Source: an uncultured Acidobacteriota bacterium
Lineage (GTDB): Bacteria > Acidobacteriota > Terriglobia > Terriglobales > Acidobacteriaceae
Assembly: GCA_963698805.1 (NCBI GenBank)
Contig: CAVOSN010000005.1
Coordinates: 155,553 to 219,552 of the forward strand
Reading direction: 5' to 3'
DNA length: 64,000 bases
The notes beneath the pieces were generated by a model. The model saw nothing but the letters and a program-made list of their open reading frames with translations, made no database searches and was not told the DNA's origin. This document shows positions 8,947-17,064 of the stretch, piece by piece (position 1 is the first letter of the stretch; each line of letters starts with the position of its first letter). A program made the position numbers and the translations under genes.

Positions 8947-10296
8947 TTGTGGTACTGTTGGAATTACCCCATATTCTCTAGGTTTGGCTGGTTTTCATTG
9001 GCCTCCGTGTCATCGTCGAAACGCAAACCGGGCGTCTACATAGCATGGAAGACGGTCACCTACCGCAGCGTGTTGCTGATCGTGCTGGTGGTGGCGCTCG
9101 TTTTCGGGGTGGCGATGCATTTCGCTTTTCCCCAGTTCACCGACAACACGGTTAAAGCCGCCGGAAGCCTGACCACCAACATGCTGGAGCGGATTGCCGG
9201 AATGGCGCCGCCGCCCGAGAAGTCGTCCGCAGGCACCGAGAAGCAGGCGAGGTTCACCGCCATTGAGGGTGGGGTCAAGATCAAGAAGTCGAGCAGCAAT
9301 ACCTGGATCAATGCCGACTACAACATACCGCTCGAAAAAGGGGATGTGGTCCAGACCGGCTCGGAGGGTATGGCTAAGGTGGTCTTCAACGACGGTACGA
9401 ACTACACCGTCAAACAAGATTCTCTGATCGTGATTGAAGAAAACTCGGCAAACGACCAGCAGCAGACTCATGTGGCCGTGGCGGTGACGTCGGGAACGGT
9501 GGACTTGTCGACTGCCACTTACAGCCAGGGATCGAGGTCTCAGGTCATCGTGGCCGGGGCGACGGCTTCGTTGGCCCCGGAAAGCGCGGCGATGGTGCGC
9601 AACGATCCGAAAAGCGATCAGCACGAAATTCTCGTGAAGAAGGGCAGCGGCGACGTATCGCGCAACGGCGAGACCGTCCGCCTTGCCGATTGGGAGCGCG
9701 CCACCTTCAGGGCCAAGTCAGAGAAGATGGCGAAGATAAAGGAGATCGGGCCGCCAACTCCGATTTCGCCTGCGAACATGATTCCGCTTTTCCTCTCGGC
9801 GGGCACGCAAACGAAGGATGTGCAGTTTACCTGGACGGCCATGTCGAACGCGGCGGGTTACCGGCTGCGTATCTCGCAAAATCCCTACTTTTCGTCGACC
9901 ATTGTCGACCGCCCAGTCAACGTGGCGGACGTGACGGTCACTGGCCTCGCGCCCGGAGCTTATTACTGGATGGTGCAGTCGCTCGACGCCAGCGGCAAGG
10001 TGTCGGTGGAGAGCGAAAAGAGCCGTTTCACGATCCTGCCTAAGGGCAAAGACGCGGTCGCAATCGATCTCGAAATCGAATTGAGCCAGCACGGGCACGT
10101 GATCGAGGTGACCGGCAAGACCGAGACCGGCGCGCGCGTCATGGTGAACGGGCGGGAAGTCACTTTTGTGACCAACGACGGCAGTTTTCATTACTTCACG
10201 CCCCCTTTGCCGGCGGGCGAGAGCACGATTACGGTCACGGCGCAGAACGCGCAGGGCGGCGTGAACACCAAGCAGCAGAAGGTCGTGATTCAGTAG
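8947..10296 (+). CDS. Membrane-anchored FecR-domain protein with C-terminal Ig/FN3-like beta-sandwich domains
   Basis: 449-aa ORF with one TM helix (SVLLIVLVVALVFGVAMHF). FecR-like segment VVQTGSEGMAKVVFNDGTNYTVKQDSLIVIEEN. Beta-rich C-terminus (FTWTAMSNAAGYRLRISQNPYF). Start uncertain (8947 or GTG about 9008). Confidence 0.7.
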   Translation: MWYCWNYPIFSRFGWFSLASVSSSKRKPGVYIAWKTVTYRSVLLIVLVVALVFGVAMHFAFPQFTDNTVKAAGSLTTNMLERIAGMAPPPEKSSAGTEKQARFTAIEGGVKIKKSSSNTWINADYNIPLEKGDVVQTGSEGMAKVVFNDGTNYTVKQDSLIVIEENSANDQQQTHVAVAVTSGTVDLSTATYSQGSRSQVIVAGATASLAPESAAMVRNDPKSDQHEILVKKGSGDVSRNGETVRLADWERATFRAKSEKMAKIKEIGPPTPISPANMIPLFLSAGTQTKDVQFTWTAMSNAAGYRLRISQNPYFSSTIVDRPVNVADVTVTGLAPGAYYWMVQSLDASGKVSVESEKSRFTILPKGKDAVAIDLEIELSQHGHVIEVTGKTETGARVMVNGREVTFVTNDGSFHYFTPPLPAGESTITVTAQNAQGGVNTKQQKVVIQ

Positions 10297-10444
10297 CCCG
10301 TATTCACCGGGGTGCAAGACCTTTCGTGTGCGGCAGGGAATGGGAATATCCCATAGAATGAGCAAGTAACCCCCTGACCGGAAGTTTGAAACAGCAGCAA
10401 CGGACAGGCAGTCGTCCGACTTGAGTGAGAGAGAAGTTAACCGT

Positions 10445-11509
10445 ATGTCATCCAACGGATTCCATTCCAGCGCCGGGCGGTTCCACAATCTTCGGTCGCT
10501 GTTCAGCATTTTCTCCAGCGACCTGGCCATCGACCTCGGCACCGCGAACACACTGGTGTACGCGCGCGGCAAGGGCATCGTCGTCAACGAGCCTTCCATT
10601 GTGGCGATCAATAAGAACACTGCCGAAGTGGAAGCCGTCGGAAAAGAAGCGAAGGAGATGCTCGGCCGCACGCCGGGCAACATCGTCGCCATCAAGCCGA
10701 TGAAGGACGGCGTGATCGCCGATTTCAAGGTCACGGAAAAGATGTTGAACTACTTCATCCAGAAGGCGCACAACCGCAAGATGCTAGTGCATCCACGCAT
10801 CGTGATCGGCGTGCCTTCGGAAATTACGCAGGTGGAAAAGCGCGCGGTTATGGACTCGGCCTATCGCGCGAAGGCGAGCGAAGTCTACCTGGTCGAACAG
10901 GCAATGGTCGCCGCGATCGGCGCGGGATTGCCGATCACCGAACCCAGCGGCAATATGGTCGTCGATATCGGCGGCGGCACCACCGACATCGCAGTCATTT
11001 CTTTGAGCGGCATCGTCTACTCGCGTTCCGTGCGCATGGCTGGCAACCAGATGGACGAAGCCATCATGAATTATCTGAAACGGAAATATAACTTGCTGAT
11101 CGGCGAGCGTACTGCTGAGCAGATCAAGATTGAGATTGGCAGCGCCTATCCACTCGACAAGCCGCTGACCATGGAAATCAAGGGCCGCAACCTGATTGAA
11201 GGCGTGCCCAAGACCATCACGGTCGACGACAGCGAAATCCGTGAAGCACTGAGCGAGTGCGTTTCGACCATCATGAACGCGGTGCGCGTAGCGCTGGAGC
11301 GTACGCCTCCCGAACTTTCTGCCGACATCAGCGACCGCGGCATTGTTCTGACGGGCGGAGGCGCCTTGTTGAAGAATCTTGATAAGCGCATCCGCGAAGA
11401 AACGGGCTTGCCCGTCTCGATTGCCGATGACCCGCTGTGCAGCGTGGTGCTAGGCACCGGCAAAATGCTCAGCGACTTCAAACTGTTGCGCAAGATTTCG
11501 ATTGAGTAG
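10445..11509 (+). CDS. mreB: Rod shape-determining actin homologue MreB
   Basis: [14 protein letters not shown] and [10 protein letters not shown] motifs. ATG 10445 is preceded by purine-rich GAGAGAGAAG. A longer TTG ORF from 10421 is possible. Confidence 0.95.
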   Translation: MSSNGFHSSAGRFHNLRSLFSIFSSDLAIDLGTANTLVYARGKGIVVNEPSIVAINKNTAEVEAVGKEAKEMLGRTPGNIVAIKPMKDGVIADFKVTEKMLNYFIQKAHNRKMLVHPRIVIGVPSEITQVEKRAVMDSAYRAKASEVYLVEQAMVAAIGAGLPITEPSGNMVVDIGGGTTDIAVISLSGIVYSRSVRMAGNQMDEAIMNYLKRKYNLLIGERTAEQIKIEIGSAYPLDKPLTMEIKGRNLIEGVPKTITVDDSEIREALSECVSTIMNAVRVALERTPPELSADISDRGIVLTGGGALLKNLDKRIREETGLPVSIADDPLCSVVLGTGKMLSDFKLLRKISIE

Positions 11510-11515
11510 AGCGCT

Positions 11516-11641
11516 GAGCTACGAGCTGCGAGCTGCGAGCAGGCTAGCGCGATATTCCTTCCTACGAATGACGCTCGGGGTTGGATCACTTCCGTTATCA
11601 GGTTCGCTGATGACTAGCGACTGACGACTGACGACTAGTAA
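11516..11641. repeat. Two tandem-word tracts in the mreB-mreC spacer (GAGCTRC x3; CGACTGA/CGACTAG x3)
   Basis: GAGCTACGAGCTGCGAGCTGCGAGC at 11516-11540. GATGACTAGCGACTGACGACTGACGACTAGTAA at 11609-11641 has TGA/TAG/TAA in all three forward frames and ends 14 nt before the mreC ATG. Confidence 0.55.
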
Positions 11642-11655
11642 AGAGAACTGCAGTT

Positions 11656-12879
11656 ATGGAATCCGTCCTCGGCCGTTATAAGAACCTGATCGTCCTGGCC
11701 TGTGTGCTGGTGGCTCAAGTGCTGGGTCTGGCCGTCCAGGTCAAGCGCACCACCGATACGGAATCCTCCCGCCTGATCCGCATCTGGGCCGTCAATACGG
11801 TCACGCCGTTTGAGAAGGTCCTGCACTGGGTCCACTCCGGCAGCGGCAACCTGTGGCACAACTACTTTTACCTGCGCGGCGTGCGCGCCGAGAACCGCGA
11901 ACTGAAAGCGGAAATCGAGCGCTTGCGTCTGGACCAGGTGCGCTTGAACGAAGACGCGGCCCAGGCACGCCGCCTGCAAGCTTTGCTGGCCTTTAAGGAA
12001 CAGTTTATTTCGCAGACGCTGCCCGCCCAGGTGATCGGGTCGGGAGGCAGTGAGCAATCCCGCATCGTCTACATCGACAAAGGTCAACATGACGGGCTGA
12101 AGCCCGACATGGCGGTCATCACGGTGGATGGGATCGTCGGCAAAGTTCTGAAGGTGTTTGGCTCCACATCGCAAGTCCTGCTCATTGATGACCAGTCGAG
12201 CGGCGTGGGTGCGATTCTCGAGAAGAGCCGGCTGCAGGGAATTTTGCGCGGTACTTCCGCCGGTGAAGTCGTTCTCGAACGCATCATGACCGACAATGCC
12301 GTGCAGCCCGGCGAAGAAGTTCGCACCAGCGGCGGCGACCGTATCTTTCCCAAGGGACTACCGGTGGGGACGGTGACGAAGGTTGGAAATGGCGCGGACC
12401 TGTTTTTGAGCATCCGGGTTCGTCCGGCTGCGAACCTCAGCAAGCTGGAAGAAGTGCTGGTCGTAACCAAGCTGGTGGAGCAGGAGCCGACGCAACTGCA
12501 GACCGGGCCGGTGCGCGCCGCGGATATTCTGGCGCAGCGGCTGCCTTCAGTTCCGGATAAGCCTCCGGCCGACGTGGAAAAACCCAAGCAGGACGCGCCC
12601 GCGAAAGAGGCAGCCAATCCCGCGGGACCCGCTCCGGGCAAGACCAGCCCTCCGCCTCGCGCTGACGTAACGCCGAACCCGCGTTCAGATTCGATTACAC
12701 CAATCTCTCCGAAGAACACAGGGGCGGCGCAGAGTGTTCTGCAGCCGGCAACCGCGCATGGACCTGCTCCGGCGCCCGTCAAAGTGGCCGATCCAATACA
12801 GCCGGCGACGCCCAAGAGCAAGCCCGCCGTACCACCGGCGCGCGCGACCGAGCCTCCCGCTCAGAACGGACCGCAGTAA
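11656..12879 (+). CDS. mreC: Rod shape-determining protein MreC with long Pro/Ala-rich C-terminal tail
   Basis: 407-aa ORF between mreB and mreD. N-terminal TM and coiled-coil (ENRELKAEIERLRL), beta-barrel core, and a low-complexity tail of about 130 aa. Confidence 0.9.
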   Translation: MESVLGRYKNLIVLACVLVAQVLGLAVQVKRTTDTESSRLIRIWAVNTVTPFEKVLHWVHSGSGNLWHNYFYLRGVRAENRELKAEIERLRLDQVRLNEDAAQARRLQALLAFKEQFISQTLPAQVIGSGGSEQSRIVYIDKGQHDGLKPDMAVITVDGIVGKVLKVFGSTSQVLLIDDQSSGVGAILEKSRLQGILRGTSAGEVVLERIMTDNAVQPGEEVRTSGGDRIFPKGLPVGTVTKVGNGADLFLSIRVRPAANLSKLEEVLVVTKLVEQEPTQLQTGPVRAADILAQRLPSVPDKPPADVEKPKQDAPAKEAANPAGPAPGKTSPPPRADVTPNPRSDSITPISPKNTGAAQSVLQPATAHGPAPAPVKVADPIQPATPKSKPAVPPARATEPPAQNGPQ

Positions 12880-13397
12880 TGCCGATCACTTACACATCTG
12901 GGGAGCAGGTTGAGGTTTACCGGTTTAACTGGCTGATCACGCTGGGCGTGCCGGCAACTGCGCTTTTCCTGCAGGCCTGGCTGCCGCACCAGTTTCCGTC
13001 ATTCGCCCTGCTGGATCTGCCGCTGCTTGTGACGATCTTTTTCGCGATCTCGCGGCGCAATCCGATTTCCGGATTGCTGACGGGCGGCGCCATTGGCGTC
13101 TTTCAGGACGCTCTCACCGGCCTGCCCATCGGACTCAACGGAATCGCCAAGACGCTGGTCGGCTACGCGGCATCGTCGCTGGGCGTGAAGATCGACGTCG
13201 AGAATGCGGGAGCGCGCCTGCTGGTGACGCTCGTCTTCTGTGTCGCGCACAAGATCATCTACTTTATGGTGGCCCGCGGCATGGTGAACCTGGCCATGCA
13301 ATGGAACTGGCCGCACGAGTTGTGGTCCGCGTTTGTGAATGCGATCGTAGGCGTATTCATGTTCTACGCGCTAGACCGTTTCAAGCTCAGAACGTAA
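12879..13397 (+). CDS. mreD: Rod shape-determining protein MreD
   Basis: 172-aa polytopic membrane ORF. Its start overlaps the mreC stop (TAATG). Assignment rests on conserved position in mreBCD. Confidence 0.8.
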   Translation: MPITYTSGEQVEVYRFNWLITLGVPATALFLQAWLPHQFPSFALLDLPLLVTIFFAISRRNPISGLLTGGAIGVFQDALTGLPIGLNGIAKTLVGYAASSLGVKIDVENAGARLLVTLVFCVAHKIIYFMVARGMVNLAMQWNWPHELWSAFVNAIVGVFMFYALDRFKLRT

Positions 13398-13544
13398 CGA
13401 ACAGTTCTCGGTTCTCAGTGGGAACCTTGAAGATGCTGAACTTAAGTGACACACGACAGAGTCAATGAGCCACGAATGCGGCGTTAGAATCGTGTATTCG
13501 ATGAAACTGAGAACTGGGAACTGAGAACCGAGAACTGATGTTCG
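13398..13544 (+). promoter_or_regulatory. Long-range RNA helix joining the mreD stop region to the mrdA start codon
   Basis: 13402-13419 (CAGTTCTCGGTTCTCAGT) is the exact reverse complement of 13520-13537. CGAA (13398-13401) can pair with TTCG (13541-13544), leaving the ATG (13538-13540) as a bulge. Confidence 0.4.
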
Positions 13545-15496
13545 GTCGTGACGAAAAAGTATCGTCGATCCGCCTCACGGCGGTGCAGTACATCATCCTC
13601 ATCATCTTCATGATCCTCGCCTACGGGCTGTGGCGTCTGCAGGTGATGCAGAGCGATTTCTACGCGCAGCTGGCCGAGAAAAATAGAATCCGCAACGTCC
13701 CCATCCTCGCCCCCCGCGGCAAGATCCTCGACCGTCAGGGCCGCGTCATCGTCGATAACTACCCGTCGTTCTCCGCGCTTCTGTTGCGCGATTCGACGCG
13801 CGACCTGAACGCCGACGCCGACGTCATCGCGCAAGGCCTCCATCTCGAGCCTAAGGAAGTTCGCGACCGCATCCGCAAGTTCACCTCGATGCCGCAGTAC
13901 CAGCCGATCTTCCTGAAAGACGACATCACGCCCGACGAACTGGCCTTCATCGAGTCGCACAAGAACGAACTGCCGGAACTCGACACCATCATGGCCCACC
14001 GTCGCCTGTACCCGCGCAACGGATTCATGGCGCACCTGGTCGGCTACGTCGGTGAAGTCACCGAGACGATGCTGAACCAGCCCCAGTTCGAGTTCTATAA
14101 CCCGGGCGACGTGGTCGGCGTCTCCGGCGTCGAGAAGCAGTACAACCAGATCCTCATGGGACAGAACGGATCCCGGCGCGCTCTGGTCGACAGCCGGGGC
14201 AAGGAAATGGGCCGGCTCGACGAAACGCCCGCTGTTCCCGGCAAGCAGCTCAAGCTGACCATCGACATCGATCTGCAGATTGCCGCCGAAGAGGCTCTGG
14301 CGGGGAAGAACGGTGCAATGGTGGCGATGGATCCCCGCAACGGCGAGATTCTCGCCATGGTCAGCCGCCCTACATTCGACCCGAACGACTTCGCCGTGCG
14401 CGTGTCGCGCGACGAGTGGAACAAGCTGGTCAATGATCCCGACAAGCCGCTGTTGAATAAAGCCATTCAGGCACAACTCGCTCCAGGCTCCACATTCAAG
14501 ATCATTATGTCGGTCGCGGGATGGCAGGAAAACATCGCGCAGACGCTCAACGTGCATTGCACCGGCGGCGCGACGTTCTACGGTCGTCGGTTCGGCTGCT
14601 GGGTCAAGGGTGGGCACGGCCCAGTCGACTTCACCAAGGCCATCTATCAATCCTGCGACGTCTTCTTCTATACGCTCGCAGAAAAACTTGGTATCGATCG
14701 CATCGCCAAGTACGCCACCGCGCTCGGCCTCGGTCAGAAAACGGGAATCGACTTGCCGAATGAAGTCAGCGGCGTGATGCCCTCGGAAGAATGGAAAATC
14801 CGCAACTTCAAGCAGAAATGGTTCGCGGGTGAAACGATCTCGGTCGGTATCGGGCAAGGCGCCATCGCCACCACCCCAGTGCAACTGATCCGAGCGATCT
14901 CCGCCATCTCCATGGATGGCCGCATGGTTATTCCGCACGTGGTGAATCCCACGGAACTACCGCCCGGCGTCGTCGATGTCCAGCGCTACACGGAAGTCAA
15001 AACTGTTCCGATCGACAGCACGGGATACACCACCATCACCGACGCGATGGCGCGTGTTTTGTTACCCGAGGGAACGGCGCCCTCGGCGCACATCCCGGGC
15101 ATCGACATAGCCGGCAAGACCGGTTCTGCCCAGATCGTCTCGCTCGCGCTGCGCGCGAAACACGAGAACGACGATAACTTTGCGCAGAACGGCTGGTTCG
15201 TCGGATTCACTCCGCGCCGCAATCCGGAAATTATCGTCTGCGTGTTGTTCGAAGGCGGCGAGCACGGAAAACTGGCCGCGCGTCTCGCGACCCAGGTGAT
15301 CAAAGCGTACGTCGACAAGCAAAACCGTCAGCCCACGAAGATGGCGAAAGACGGCGCAAAGGTCGACGTGGGCGCCCTGTGGACCGCTCCCGACGAGGAC
15401 GGAAAAGAAAACAACGGCATCGGCGCAGGCCACTTTGTGGTCGAAGCCTCAAAGAAGAAGCCGCCGCTCGCCGCGGCAGCACCGGGCTTGCAATGA
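13538..15496 (+). CDS. mrdA: Penicillin-binding protein 2 (elongasome transpeptidase)
   Basis: 652-aa ORF with an N-terminal TM, STFK (SxxK) and KTGSA (KTG) motifs. Lies between mreD and rodA. Confidence 0.95.
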   Translation: MFGRDEKVSSIRLTAVQYIILIIFMILAYGLWRLQVMQSDFYAQLAEKNRIRNVPILAPRGKILDRQGRVIVDNYPSFSALLLRDSTRDLNADADVIAQGLHLEPKEVRDRIRKFTSMPQYQPIFLKDDITPDELAFIESHKNELPELDTIMAHRRLYPRNGFMAHLVGYVGEVTETMLNQPQFEFYNPGDVVGVSGVEKQYNQILMGQNGSRRALVDSRGKEMGRLDETPAVPGKQLKLTIDIDLQIAAEEALAGKNGAMVAMDPRNGEILAMVSRPTFDPNDFAVRVSRDEWNKLVNDPDKPLLNKAIQAQLAPGSTFKIIMSVAGWQENIAQTLNVHCTGGATFYGRRFGCWVKGGHGPVDFTKAIYQSCDVFFYTLAEKLGIDRIAKYATALGLGQKTGIDLPNEVSGVMPSEEWKIRNFKQKWFAGETISVGIGQGAIATTPVQLIRAISAISMDGRMVIPHVVNPTELPPGVVDVQRYTEVKTVPIDSTGYTTITDAMARVLLPEGTAPSAHIPGIDIAGKTGSAQIVSLALRAKHENDDNFAQNGWFVGFTPRRNPEIIVCVLFEGGEHGKLAARLATQVIKAYVDKQNRQPTKMAKDGAKVDVGALWTAPDEDGKENNGIGAGHFVVEASKKKPPLAAAAPGLQ

Positions 15497-15596
15497 ATTG
15501 GCTGATAGCTGGTAGCTCATGGCTGGTAGCGAGCAAGAGAGCTTTTGCCACCGGCTACCAGCTACCAGCGACGAGCCAGCCGACGACTAAAGACTA
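15497..15596. repeat. GCTGGTAGC / GCTACCAGC word hairpin plus GACGACTA tract in the mrdA-rodA spacer
   Basis: GCTGGTAGC at 15508 and 15522; its complement GCTACCAGC at 15554 and 15561. GCCGACGACTAAAGACTA abuts the rodA ATG. Confidence 0.45.
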
Positions 15597-16679
15597 ATGT
15601 CCCGCTACGTCTCATACCGCGATTTCGACTGGCTGCTGATCATCTTCGTTCTGATGATCTGCGCCATCGGTGTCTTTGAAATCCAGAGCGCCACCGTGCA
15701 CACAAAGTTCGCCGGTGCCCACATCAAGCAGCTCTACTGGATCGTCGGCGGCTTGATCGGCATGTTCCTGGTCAGCCTGCTCAACTACCAGGCGCTGCTC
15801 GAGCAGGTGCACTGGATGTACATCGGCGCCATCGCCTCGCTGATGTCGGTCATGATCTTCGGCCAGAAATATCTAGGCGCGCGCCGCTGGATCAAAATGC
15901 CCGGTGGCCAGCACTTCCAGCCCTCGGAATGGGTCAAGCTGATCCTGATTCTCGCCGTCGCCAAGTATTTCGCCGACATGCACCACCGCGACCTCTCCTG
16001 GTCGGATTTCATCAAGGCGGGAGCCATCGTGGGGATTCCCATGCTGATGGTGCTTGCGCAGCCCGATCTCGGTACAGCGCTGACGTACATGCCGATCGCG
16101 CTCATGGGACTTTTCCTCGGAGGTGTGCGCCTGAAGCAGGCGCTGATCGTCTTGATCATCGCGGGCTCCGTCATGCCCCTGGCCTGGCACAAGCTGAAGC
16201 CATATCAGAAAGACCGCCTCATCAGCTTTATGGAGCCGGAAGCCGACAAGCAGGGTTCCGGATACCAGGTCATTCAATCCAAAATCGCCGTGGGTTCGGG
16301 TGGCATTTGGGGAGGCACAGGTACTCAGACGCATCTTTCCTACCTGCCCGTGCCCCAAACCGACTTCATTTTCGCCGCTTTTTCGGAGGAACACGGCTTC
16401 GTAGGAGCTTTGGGGGTGCTCCTGCTATACTTCATAGTGCTGATGCGGTTGACGCAGAACGCTCAGACGGCGCCCGACCGCGCTGGAACGTTCGTGGTAA
16501 TGGGTGTGGTGGCTGTGCTTAGCTTTCACATCCTGGTCAACGTCGGCATGGTGGTTGGCTTTATGCCGGTCACCGGAATACCCTTACCGCTGATGAGTTA
16601 TGGCGGGTCTTCTGTCCTGTTTATGTTTTTAGCGCTGGGCATGGTCATGAATGTCCGCATGCGCCGTTTCGTGAACTGA
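15597..16679 (+). CDS. rodA: SEDS-family peptidoglycan polymerase RodA
   Basis: 360-aa polytopic ORF with FtsW/RodA/SpoVE-like motifs (QPSEWVKL, TDFIFAAFSEEHGF, GIPLPLMSYGGSS). Confidence 0.95.
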   Translation: MSRYVSYRDFDWLLIIFVLMICAIGVFEIQSATVHTKFAGAHIKQLYWIVGGLIGMFLVSLLNYQALLEQVHWMYIGAIASLMSVMIFGQKYLGARRWIKMPGGQHFQPSEWVKLILILAVAKYFADMHHRDLSWSDFIKAGAIVGIPMLMVLAQPDLGTALTYMPIALMGLFLGGVRLKQALIVLIIAGSVMPLAWHKLKPYQKDRLISFMEPEADKQGSGYQVIQSKIAVGSGGIWGGTGTQTHLSYLPVPQTDFIFAAFSEEHGFVGALGVLLLYFIVLMRLTQNAQTAPDRAGTFVVMGVVAVLSFHILVNVGMVVGFMPVTGIPLPLMSYGGSSVLFMFLALGMVMNVRMRRFVN

Positions 16680-17064
16680 CGCAGGAAGGGCCCCGCAGCC
16701 AGATTGCAGTACCCGCGCGGAGGCGCGGCTAGAACAAGATTACGATCGCCCTCGCGTAAAGAGGGCACTCACCGGCCAGAAGAAGTGAAGGCCGGGCAGG
16801 ATTGCAGCCCGCGCTGCCGGGCGGGAAACGGCCCCCTCCCCACTGAGGAGAGAGCGGTCACAACCCCGGGACGGCGCAACATTGCGATACGTGCATAAGA
16901 TTCCTAAGCTTTCGCTGCGGATTCGCTTCTGGAGTGCTTTCCAGAAGGCTCGTCCACATGAGTGTGGACTCGTACCCATCGCGACGTTCGATCCTCCCCT
17001 GCTTGCCCTCGCTTCTGCCCCGGTGACCCTGCGGCCCTGAAAGTCCGCAGACCCCGGAGTAAGA

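Noticed and set aside
11516-11641. Tandem-word tracts as a degenerate CRISPR array or as coding tandem repeats.
   Set aside because: Units are 7-10 nt with no spacers, only 2-3 copies each, and no cas genes are present. Stop codons occur in all frames.
13484-14938. Long antisense ORFs (484 aa here; also 9718-10734, 17428-18381, 24820-25656, 33054-34049, 40382-41587, 45100-46236, 48188-49528).
   Set aside because: Each lies opposite a gene with clear family motifs. They have Arg/Ala/Gly-heavy composition typical of GC-rich antisense frames and contain no recognisable motifs.
17038-17046. GAAAGTCCG, reminiscent of the RNase P RNA P4 motif, in the RNase E/G leader.
   Set aside because: None of the other conserved RNase P RNA elements are nearby on either strand. 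An isolated 9-mer match is expected by chance.
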